64,000 nucleotides of DNA, from assembly GCA_024679065.1 (NCBI GenBank), contig JAGIQG010000016.1, positions 44,516,001-44,580,000 on the forward strand, written 5' to 3'. The notes under the pieces are model-generated. The model did not search any database. It saw only the letters and a list, made by a program, of their open reading frames with translations, and was not told where the DNA came from. Below are positions 25,986-37,000 of this stretch, piece after piece. A program made the translations under genes and the position numbers. The stretch's first letter is position 1, and every line of letters starts with the position of its first letter. The stretch comes from Sphyrna mokarran. Taxonomy: Eukaryota.

Positions 25986-27484
25986 CATTGACTCATTATT
26001 CAAGAAGAAAGACAGACCTCTGAAATGCACTCTAAAGATGGAAGATAGACTCCCGAGGAAGAAAATGGATTTCCAGAAACACTCTGAGGCTGGAAGGCAG
26101 ATTACAATAAAATTGAATGTGAAAGCTGTATCTGTAAATACTCCTCCTATCCACTGCTGTAGTCTTCCCAGGTCTGGGTTGCTGACGGCCTCCATTCTAT
26201 GGAATCCCAGGCATTGTTCAAGTGAGTCCTGACATCTGCACACTACGCTGTTCCAGACATGGCACCGGCACATTTTCCCATTGGCATTTTACAGAATCAG
26301 GCATGGGTTGGAAGATTCTGGTTGGGCCTTCATCTGCATTTCCTTGGCGGATGTAAATCAGTTTCAGACCAGCCTCCACTGGATTTCCTGATCTGCCGTT
26401 GGGACACTAGCGAAAGATACTTCCAAGATACCATGAGAAATTCACGCAGGGTATAACTTATTTTTGTTCTCTTGTTAAATTCTCCTCACTCACCCACTGT
26501 TGAACCCACCAGCAGGATCATGGGAGAACTTTGCCCCAGATGTGATTCTGAACAATCCTAATTTCTTCAGTCAAGCCCCAAATGCAACATTTTTATTTTT
26601 GCTGTAAGCATATCCATAATGGATTAATTCTAGATGTATTTGTTCATTTGTTAATAAGACAGCTAAGACTAGTTTTTGTACAATGTATTTACCTCCGCAG
26701 TATGACAATGGATTTTGGCAGTGCCATCATTTGAGGAAGTGCAGACATTTTATGTTTCTTTGACTTCTGTCAGCAAGTTGAGAGTGGTGACAATATTTTC
26801 TTATTAAGATTTGGTAGCATTTCTGTTACCCAAAGATACATCCAGAAAAGGCAGCAAAGCTATAATACAACAGATACTGGAGGTTTAGGATTTGCTAATT
26901 GTTCCAATGGGAGATATCATTTACTTGCTGATCTATGTGAACACATTTATTTCTGAACACGTGTAAAGTTACAATATTTGAAAAATTTGCAGAGTGATCA
27001 TATATAATTCTTTGTGGAATTAAAACATAGCTGTTCCACACTATGCATCAGAAAAAAATAAATTAAGTTTCACTCTAACATGTCACAGAGGTCAGAGCTG
27101 TATGGTGATCCATAGGTGGATATGTGGTCAGTATATAATCGTAAGAAAACCAGCATTACAACTTTATTAATAGAAATCCACAGATGTACATTGGATTTGA
27201 ATGGCTAGGATTTAACTGCTCTTCAGCCTCTTCTGCTGGATCTGTGGTCTTCCATATTTTGATTGGCATAATTAAATGAAATGCCAGTGAAATGCCATCA
27301 ATTAAATGATGACAGAAGTCATCATTTTATGTATTTTGCGTCATTAGTGCCTGCCTTACTAATGTTGCTGTAATGACTTCAGTTGTTTGCTTGTCATCTA
27401 ATGTTGCTGAGGCATCAAACAGAGGGTTTAGAAATTTAATGGTTGTCAGAGCCTATTGTAGTCAGTGCCATGCAGGTTTTGCAG

Positions 27485-27765
27485 TGGTGGCTTAGTGGCA
27501 CAGTGGTTAGCATTGCTCCTCACAGCACCAGGAACCCGGGTTCAATTCCCGGCTTGGGTCACTGTCTGTGTGGAGTTTGCACGTTCTCCCTGCGTCTGCT
27601 TGGGTTTCCTCCAGGTGCTCTGGTTTCCTCCCATAGTCTGAAAGACGTGCTGATTAGGTGCATTGACCCAAATAGGCGCCAAAGTGTGGAAACTAAGGGA
27701 ATTTCACAGTAACCTCATTGCAGTGTTAATATAAACCTTATTTGTGACCAATAAAATAAACTTTT
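27485..27765 (+). mobile_element. V-SINE with an alternative 3' tail
   Basis: A/B boxes and V-domain, then ...gggaatttcacagtaacctcattgcagtgttaat...aataaaataaacttt. The same tail occurs alone at ~60680-60790. Confidence 0.85.
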
Positions 27766-27866
27766 TTCACTTATTTGTTTTTATATGTAGAAGACTGCAC
27801 ATTATAAAAGGCATTGAACATGGGAAGGAGTGGGGTGGATTGGGTTTTTCGGTGTATTGTACAGTT

Positions 27867-28207
27867 TTACTTGGAGCTGATGTACTTAGTCAGTGCATTT
27901 ATCCCCTCTGACACAATATGCTTGGCCAGTCTGTACCTTCTGGGAGCTAATGATGCTGCACTTGTTGAATTGGGCCAGAAGGGAAGTCTCATCTGTGATG
28001 TGTCGAAGATGTCATTCACGAATGAGTTCATAAAGCTCATGGCTTGGGAGGAGATGCTGGTGTCCAGGTGAATCTGTTCATCATTTTGTAGATAGAGCAA
28101 CTCTCCTTTCAGGACCTCCCCCTCTTCTTGCCACTCTTCATTGGTGGTTTCTTCTGGGTTTTTTTGCTGCCCTTCTTGGACATTTGTCTTTTCTTTTCTT
28201 CAGACGT
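27867..28207 (-). pseudogene. Histone H2B pseudogene
   Basis: Minus strand reads (ACG)SEEKKRQMSKKGSKKTQKKPPMKSGKKRGRS*KESCSIYKMM / QIHLDTSISSQAMSFMNSFVNDIFD / ITDETSLLAQFNKCSIISSQKVQT / LAKHIVSEGINALTKYISSK*. The likely start codon is ACG, there is an in-frame TGA, frameshifts, and the AVRLLLPGE segment is deleted. Confidence 0.93.
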
Positions 28208-30307
28208 GGTGCATGCAAACTGCAGACACATTGGGTGAATTGTAAAAACTGTCATTTTTAATTGCTTAGAGCTAATAATGATGGAGAGCATAAAATGCAC
28301 AGATTCATCGGGCTCCTATTCCTGGAAAATCATATAGTGAGACATTTTTTTCTTTTGGAACATTGAGGCACCTATGGCATTCAACGCTTTCAATAAAGGC
28401 CTTCAGTTAGAGTATCACAACAGTGCCAGCTGCATTGTACCAGTATTACTACAACAGGGTTTTGTGCAGAGAAATCCTCATTTGCTTGGGCAAATCTAAT
28501 ACCTTAAATGATTTGGCTAGGGCTTTACAAACCATGGCTTTAATTTACAGCAGTGTCCCTTGTCCACATTCACCAAGTTAAGAATCAGACTTATATTAAC
28601 TGTAATGCATTGATTCAACAATACCAGCAACAATTTGTACTCTCAAAGTGGGTTGAGCAATAGGTAATGGTAATGAACTGACAGGAGTTGGCTTTCGAGT
28701 ATTGTCTGCTATGTTTTTTGTTGAATATACTGATTAAGGCAGTCATTACAAGAAGCTCAGTGTTGTCTGGAGACAATATTTATTACCAATTTATTATCTA
28801 TATTCCGTAGGAATTTTTATTACCTATTCTTGAAAGATCCTGAAAGCCCGTTTGGAAGGAGTTAGGACATTGGGCAGTTAGGTTGAGAGTTTCTGTGTCT
28901 TAATGTGCAGATGGACAAGATAAAACGTAATGCTTTATTTCATACATTTGGAGACGAATGTTGTGTGTTGGAGTATAACCCTTGTTGACTAAGCTGTTCA
29001 TTGCACAGACTGGTGTTGTCATGCTTATCTTCTTCCTTCAGTTGCTGCTACCTTTTTCTCCTCTTTCAACTTGGGCTATGGAGAGTATTTTGTGCCCCCA
29101 TTTGCCTTGTGTATAAATGGTCTTAGGGGTACCAAATTTTTCAGGGATAGAAATGCAATTTGCGATGGCAGGACTTCTCAGATTGTCCCTGCCTCCACCA
29201 ATGAAGGAAAAGGATTCCTGCCATGCAATGTTGGGAACCCCATTTGAATACATTATAATATAATTAGTGGGCATTCCTACAGCAATCTCCCCAACACTGG
29301 AAAATCTGCTCGTTGCAGCATGATATCACATTGGCATTTTTCACAACAGCTTTTTAAAGACACAAAACTGGCAAACTCAATTCCATGGGCAGATGGTTCC
29401 CACACCTTATCCAGTATTATTTTTGAAGCAGATAAAAGGAATTGCAGATCCAATGGAAGTGTAAATCAGCATTGGGCTATAGTGGATCAGCTGCCTGTTT
29501 ATAAACACCTCTTGGTTTTACTTTCCATTGCTCTATTCAGTCTTCTCATTTTTCCACATTCTAGTCTCTTTTATACATTTGTGTGCCCCAGCAACTGAAC
29601 TGAGATCAGGTTTTTGAAAGGTAGAGAAGAGAAGCTGTAATCTAGCACTGTGGCAGTTCATTGTTGTATTACGGGATTGCTTTGCTCTTATAGGCAGATG
29701 AGCTTTACTTAATGTGTAAATTGAAGCTCTAAAACTGTTCAAAATATATTGAGGGTGTTAATAAACATTTAACAAGAACCACTTTCTTATAGATTTATTT
29801 ATACTACACTTCTTGCTTACTGCTGGGACTCTCACACCTTTGGGTTTTAAGAACACTTGACAAACTTTTGACTTGAAGGATCATTTTTTGTCTTTGCACT
29901 CTTCTTAGCAGGGAGCTTCAGTGAACAAGAGCAGGTTGGAATTTTCATGGTGTACTCTGACTTTGAAGGCCTCTACTAGAAGTACAACATTGAAAAGTTT
30001 TATCCACATTGCCATTTTCTATTGAAGTATACCCATGACAAAGAGAAGCATTAAAACAGCCTTCATCTCCATTTACACCATAAAAGCCATTTCTGTTTTA
30101 TATAATGTTGGATGAAGCTTTTCATATCTAGTTTTATGATTCCATTAAAGATGATGTTAAGTCAACAGATTACGTTACAATTTTCTCTTCTTATCTTTCT
30201 ATTTTGCTAATAACACTTATGTATGTTAGAAGAGATTAAAATTTAATTGGACGGTTACACTGTCTATATGAGTATTGTAGCAATACTATTTTAAGAACAT
30301 TGTACGA

Positions 30308-30570
30308 GGGAGGCACAGTGGCACAGTGGATAGCTGGATTCAATTTCAGCCTTAGGTCACTGTGTGGAATTTGCATGTTCTCCCGTGACTGCCTGTGTAG
30401 GTTTCCTCTGGGTGCTCTGGTTTCCTCCCACATTCCAGAGATGTGCATATTAGGTGAATTGGCCATGCTAAATTGTCCCTTAGTGTCCAAGGGTATGTAG
30501 GTTAGGAGAATTAGTGATTTAATCCGTGGGGTTAAAGAGATAGAATTGGGACTGGGTAAGATGCCTATCT
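30308..30570 (+). mobile_element. Degraded V-SINE
   Basis: ggcacagtggcacagtgg head, V-domain and ggccatgctaaattg. Confidence 0.8.
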
Positions 30571-30574
30571 GGTG

Positions 30575-31200
30575 GCGAAGGTATACATTGGAGATCCCTC
30601 TACACAGAGATCCTCCCCCAGTATCTTGGGGACCTAGCAGTTCTATACAACCATACATACTGGTTCATGGGCTCCCAAGACACATGCCCTTTTTGAAATC
30701 TTGTGGAGCCTGTGGATCATGTCTATATTACATGCTGTAAAGTGCACTCCCTTTTCAGTTGCTTAAAAGACATTTTATTGATGTTTGTTTGCATTTTAGT
30801 CCCATGCTCCTGATCTAAGGGCACTGGTGCGGAGGGGGGCGGGAAAAGCGAAGGACCTCCTCATGAACCTGCTCCTGAGTCTTACCAAACTTGCCATCAA
30901 CAGGTCCAGACTCAGGGTGACTGGGAAGTCGTCTGACCTGACAGTCTATCCCTCTACCTCAGCTGCATTTGTTGCCAGGTATCCCTGGAAAGGAAACATG
31001 CGGTATCCAAAGGCCTTCCGTGCATGCTGCGTACCGCAGGGTTTGGGGTGTATTGACGACTCTTTTAATCATTGTAGTTTGATGTTTTTAAGTTTCTTTC
31101 TACTTTGGTTTTTGTTTCAGGTGTTCCATTCTTTTTAGGAGCTGCCCCCTTTAATTTGTCAGTTGATTTGGTTTAGTTCATTTGGTTAGTTAAAAAGATT
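30575..31200 (+). mobile_element. Tx1/L1-clade LINE ORF2 C-terminal fragment
   Basis: WRSLYTEILPQYLGDLA...CGACG...VDHVYITC...LHFSPMLLI*G...RRGAGKAKDLLMNLLLSLTKLAINRSR resembles the zinc-knuckle end of Tx1-like elements. Confidence 0.7.
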
Positions 31201-33354
31201 GACTGGATAAGATACTCTGCTGGAGAGTTGGTCCAGATTTGGATTTACTGTGCATAACGTTTAGAAATTTTGTATAAACCTTTAAAATTGACATATAGAA
31301 AAGAGCAGTCATTTGAAATGTAGAGACATGTAAAGGCATTGCCAAGAGCGTTCTGTACATGCTTTGATTCAGCTTCATAACTAAAACTGTATCCTTAGGC
31401 TTGGTTTTACATTTCCCCGTTGAAGGCAGGGTGGGGTTCATTATTTCCATTGCACTGCCTGCCCACTGCATAGCCATCCATCCTAGTCCCCACCACAATC
31501 TACTTGCAGGGGTGGTGGCATCATTGAATCAATTGAAAGTCTTAATCCCACTTGAAGGCCTCATCCAGCCACTGACAGAACTTCATTTGTAGACCTACGC
31601 CAAGTGGCTGATGTGGCAGATTTCCCTACATGGACTGGTGGTTACAGGGGAGAATGCTCTGTAATGGGGTTATTAGATGACACCCTTCCAAGTTTGTATC
31701 CTCACTGAGTTGCTCTTGCCCGTTGGACTCTCAAGTCATAGCCTTTCTTCAAGCTATTGTCATAGATTCCATGATTCTCACTGTGTTCTGTAATTTTAAT
31801 TATTCTTTGGTTCCATTATACTTGCTCGATCTGCATTAAGATTAGGGTTAGATCTGAAATGTGTTGCATTTGAAGATGCTTTAACCCCAAACTGGAATGG
31901 TGGTGAATTCATGTGGTGCATTTAGACTATTAGAATTTTTATGTTGAATCCCTGGACACAATGCCCCTTAACATTAGAAAGCCTAGGTGCATACTACAAA
32001 TTGAAAGCTATTATTAGCAAAATCTCAAAATCATTCAAGATAGCAGCTGATTTACTTGGTGGCCTCACAATCAGTATTTGTCATCTCCATATTTTTGGGT
32101 GAGGAATGCTGCATATGTTGGGTTTCATCTACAAAGATATGAAAATGTATAACTCTACTGAAGTGAGACAATAGGATAAATGTAATGAACTATGTAAAAC
32201 TGTGTAAAACTATGCTTGAAGCAAGTACAGATGAGAGAATCAAAAACGGAGTGCTGCATGCAGCTCTGTTCCTCAATAGTCCCTCTTTGTGAATGTAACT
32301 CATTGGAGAAATTGTTGGATTCACCATCATGACATTATGGCTAGAATTTTACTGCCTGCCATTGGGAATTGGAATGGGCAAGGGGCAGATAATGGGAAGA
32401 TCTGTTAACCTCAGATGGAATTCTGCAGTTTCAGGGCAAGCAAGGCTGTAAAACCGTGCACTGTAAGTCAGAGATGTAATATGGCAAAGCAAACAGTCAT
32501 TGTAGGGTTTGATAGGGAATCCTGACTAATGCAATCTTACCAAATAGTTAAAGATTTTAGCACAGTTCTCATTGTTGTGAGAGAAATGGCCCTGACATGT
32601 AAAAGGGTTGGGGCAGTAAACCCAGAAATCTTGGGAATGCAGTTTGTTCAGCTGGGCCTAATTGTCAATATTTTATCCAGTTTCCTGAGCAGTATCAGAT
32701 CAGGGGAAAATTTTCCTGCTGTCATTTTGGCCACGCTTAGTGGAATGAATTTACGGCACTCTGTGCATCACAGAGTTCGTCATTTGATTTACGCCAGTAG
32801 TGGCAGGGTGGGGGGAAAGTGGGGGCAAGCCTATTCCTGCCTGAGAAACCAGCATTGGACTTCATGTGGGGCTAGTGTGCATGCGCTCATCTCCCAGTAT
32901 AATGGGAGATTGGTTGACAAGTGTTCCCCCATCCCCATCACCACCCTTCCGATCTCTCCCTGAATGCCGGCCTCCTGATGGCAGATTTAGCTCTGATTGC
33001 CAGTCCCACACTCCCAATGATTGGATGCGCCCTCCTGATAGAGGCTCCCACCCCCAATTGTTGCCCCCGCTCTCCGATGGCTGGTCTCTGAGCCCTGGCC
33101 CCACCACCAGCCTCCACTCCCTATGCAGAGTTCTCCCTTTCCTTCTACCTCCTCCCAACCCTGGTCTGGCTCCATCCCCATTTGGTCCTGCCCCCTCACG
33201 CCCCAGCCCATTGGCACTGCTTGATGCCCAGTGGCATTGAGAGTGTGCCAGACTGGCAGTGCCAGCATGTCCAGTGGGCAGTGCCAGTCTGCCAGGCTGG
33301 CAGTGCCAGATTGGCACTAAGGAGTGCTCCCCTTTCCTCCCCAGGATAGAATAG

Positions 33355-33531
33355 TGCAGAATATTAAACAATCATTGGCACACATTCCTACTTCTGACCT
33401 TATGATGGACGGAAGGTCATTGATGAAGCAGCAGAAGATGGTTGAGCTTAGGACACTACCCTGAGGGCCTCCTGCAGAGATGTTATGGAGCTGAGATGAC
33501 TGATCCCCCCACACCAGTCCCCCCCCCCCCC

Positions 33532-33572
<41 letters not shown>

Positions 33573-33820
33573 ATCTTCCTATGTGCCAGGTATGATTCCA
33601 GTAAGTGGAGAGTTTGCCCATTGACAGTCATTGATTACAGTTTTGCTAGGGCACCTTGATGCCATACTCAATCAAATGTGGCCTTAATGTCAAAGGCTGT
33701 TTCTTTCACTTCACCTTTGGAATTCAGCTCTTTTTTGTCCATATTTCAATCAAGGCTGTAATAAGGATGAAGACAAGAATGTTTTTCCTCTTGTTGGTTC
33801 CACTGTCACCTGCCACAGAT
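33355..33820 (-). mobile_element. CR1-group LINE RT fragment interrupted by a poly-C/(CA)n tract
   Basis: Minus strand: LESYLAHRKITV...QSSQLHNISAGGPQGSVLSSTIFCCFINDLPSIIRSEVGMCANDC. Confidence 0.85.
33519..33569. repeat. Poly-C plus (CA)n microsatellite
   Basis: Run of C followed by (ac)n. Confidence 0.95.
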
Positions 33821-34090
33821 CCGGTTATATCCTTCAGTCACATTGGCCCTGAGACTTACTCAGGAGTAGGAAGAGATTGGTGGGGAGGGTTTTTTACATG
33901 TCCTGCAAAAATTAATCATAAGACATCTCGTTTTCAATTGATTTCCTGACATTGATAGGCTGACTGCCTGTCATGGGGTGCGGCCTAGAAATTACAAAAG
34001 AAATGGGATTGAATATCATGATAGCTGAGTTTGGACATTGCGGACAAGAGAAGCTTGGGGAATGGGAGTGGCTTGAGTTGGGGTTGACTG

Positions 34091-37000
34091 ATGCCTCACC
34101 TGTGTACAGTGTCATATGTGGGAGTTCATGGAGGCAAGACGTCTCCTGAAAGTCCACATATGCGTCAAGTGTTTGGAGCTGCAGCATCTGAGGGCTCGGG
34201 TCAAGCAACTAGAGCGGCGATTGGAGGTGCATTTTCAGTCAGGGAGAACGATGGAATAATGGAAGGGAGGCACAGTAAGGTGGTGGACCCAGAGCCTAAG
34301 GTTGGGGAACCTGACCCTTACAGGTGGATTACTGTAAGGAAGGGGAAAAAGGAGAGGGGAGACAGTCCAAAGACTTCCCCAGTGGCAGTGCCCCAAAATA
34401 TCGAGGGCAGAGGAGTAGAAAAGATAAGGCAGGAAGACCAGAGTACCTCAGAGGGGAGAAAGGGGGCTAGAAGGGAGATAGTGGTGGGGGATGGGAGAGT
34501 TAAAGGAATAGATAGGCTCTTCTATGGTCAAAGGCAGTACTCTAGGATGGTAGTTTGCCTCCCTGGAGCAGGGGTGCAAGATGAGTCAGACAAGGTAGAG
34601 GGCATTTTGAAGGGTGAGGGGACTCAGGCAGATGTGATTATTCACATAGGAGAGAAGGATGTAGGAAGGAAGAGCAGGGAGAATATACAAAGGCAGTTCA
34701 GGGAATTGGGAGTAGGCTGAAGAGCAGGGCCTCCAGGCTGGCGATCTCAGGGCTGCTACCAGGGCCAAGTAACAGTGGGGCCAGGAGAAATGAGATCCTA
34801 CAGTTGAATGCGTGGCTGAAGGATTGGTGTAAGGCAGAGGGTTTCATATTTGTGGATAACTGGGAAGTATTTGTGAAAGAAGGGCACCTGTATAGAAGGG
34901 ATGGGGACCACTTAAATGGGAAGGACATGAATATCTTAGCTGAGAGGTTAGCTGGAGTGTTTCAGCAGGGTTTAAACTAATATGGAGGGGGGAGGGGCTG
35001 AGACTGATAGCTCGATAAGGAGCGAGATGGGAGGTAGAATAAACTTGGATGAGAAGAAATACATCAGGGAGAAGGAGGTTCTGAATGGGCTTGGAGGTCT
35101 GGAGTGTGTCTGTTTCAATGTGAGGAGCCTAACAGGAAAAATGGATGAACTTAGGGCCTTAATGTTTGCAAGGAACTTGGATGTGCTTACAGTGATGGAG
35201 ACGTGGTTAAAGGAAGGGAGCAGTGGCAGCTGAATATTCCTGGGTATAAGTGTTTCAGGCGTGACAGAGGAGGGTCCAGAAGAGGTGGGGGAGTGGCGTT
35301 GTTAGTTAAGGAGAGCATCACGGCGGTGCAGAGGGAGGACAATACAGAGGAGTTAGGAGTGGAGTCGCTGTGGGTGGAGTTGAGGAATAGAAAGGGGGTG
35401 ATTACTATGCTAGGGGTATATTATAGGCCAACCAACAACCCGCGGGTAGTTGAAGAAGGCATATGTAAAGACATTTGGATAGGTGCAGAAAGAACAGAGT
35501 CGTTATAGTGGGAGATTTTAATCTCCCTAGGGTGGATTGGAAAGTACCTAGAGCTGGGGGTTTGGATGGGGAGGAATTTGTAAAATGTGTACTGGAAGGA
35601 TCGTTGGAGCAGTATGTGGCTAGCCCGACTAGAGAAGGGGCTATATTGGATTTAGTTCTAAGTAATGAGCCAGGGCAGGTGGTTGATGTTGTAGTAGGGG
35701 AACATGTGGCTAACAGTGACCACAATTCTGTCTACTTTAGGATACAGATAGAAAAGGATGCTTGTTGCCCTAGGGGCAGGGTGCTGAATTGGGGGAAGGC
35801 TAACTACAGTCGGATTAGGCAGGAACTTATGGAAACTGATTGGGAGCGGTTGTTCGAGGGTAAGTCCACGCTAGGCATGTGGGAATCTTTCAAGGGAATA
35901 CTGAAAATGTTGCAAGAAAGATATGTGCCGGCTCAGAGGAAAGATGGCAAAGGTAGGATTAGAGAGCCATGGATTACTAGGGATATTGAGGACTTGGTTA
36001 GAAAGAAAAGAGAGGTGTATGTTAGGTCAAAGCAGCTGGGAACGGAGACAGCATTGGAGGAATATAGAGAGAGTAGGAGGGAGCTCAAACGGGGAGTTAG
36101 GAGGGCAAAAAGGAGGCATAAAATGGTTTTAGTGGATAGGATTAAGGAAAATCCAAAGGCTTTTTACTCCGATTTTAGGAATAAAAGGGTGGTTAGAGGA
36201 AAAATCAGACCACTTAGGGACAGAGGAGGGGAACTGTGCTTAGAGTCCGAGGGAATGGGAGAGATCCTGAATGAATACTTTGCGTCAGTATTCATGAAGG
36301 AGAGGGGCTTGTTGACTGGTCCTGTCTTTGAGGGAACTGTGGACCAGTTGAAGGAAATATCCATATCGAGGGAGGAAGTGTCAGAGCTTCTAGGTAGCAT
36401 TAAAACTGATAAATCTCCGGGGCCTGATGGCATTTATCCCAGGCTGCTTAGGGAGGTGCGAGGTGAAATTGCTGGGCCTCTGACGCAAATCTTTGTCTCT
36501 TCTTTGAACACAGATCAGGTCCCAGAGGACTGAAGAATAGCTAATGTTGTACTGTTGTTTAAAAAGGGTAGTAGGGATAACCCTGGAAATTGTAGGCCAG
36601 TGAGTTTGACGTCAGTGGTAGGGAAGATGTTGGAGGGGATTCTTAGAGATAGGATGTGTAGGCACTTAGAGTGTTGCGATCTGATTAGGGATACACAGCA
36701 TGGCTTTGTTAAAGGGACGTCGTGCCTTACAAATCTGTTAGAACGTTTTGAGGAGGTGACAAAAATGGTTGACGAAGGGCGAGCAGTTGATGTCATCGAT
36801 ATGGATTTCAGGAAAGCATTTGACAAAGTCCCTCATGGGAGGTTAGTTGAAAAGGTCAAGGCTAATGGGATACGAGGACAGGTAGCTAGATGGATAAGTA
36901 ACTGGCTTGGTAATAGGAGACAGAGAGTAATAGTGGAAGGGTGTTTTTCTAGCTGGAGGCCGGTCATTACTGGTGTGCCACAGGGCTCGGTACTGGGACC

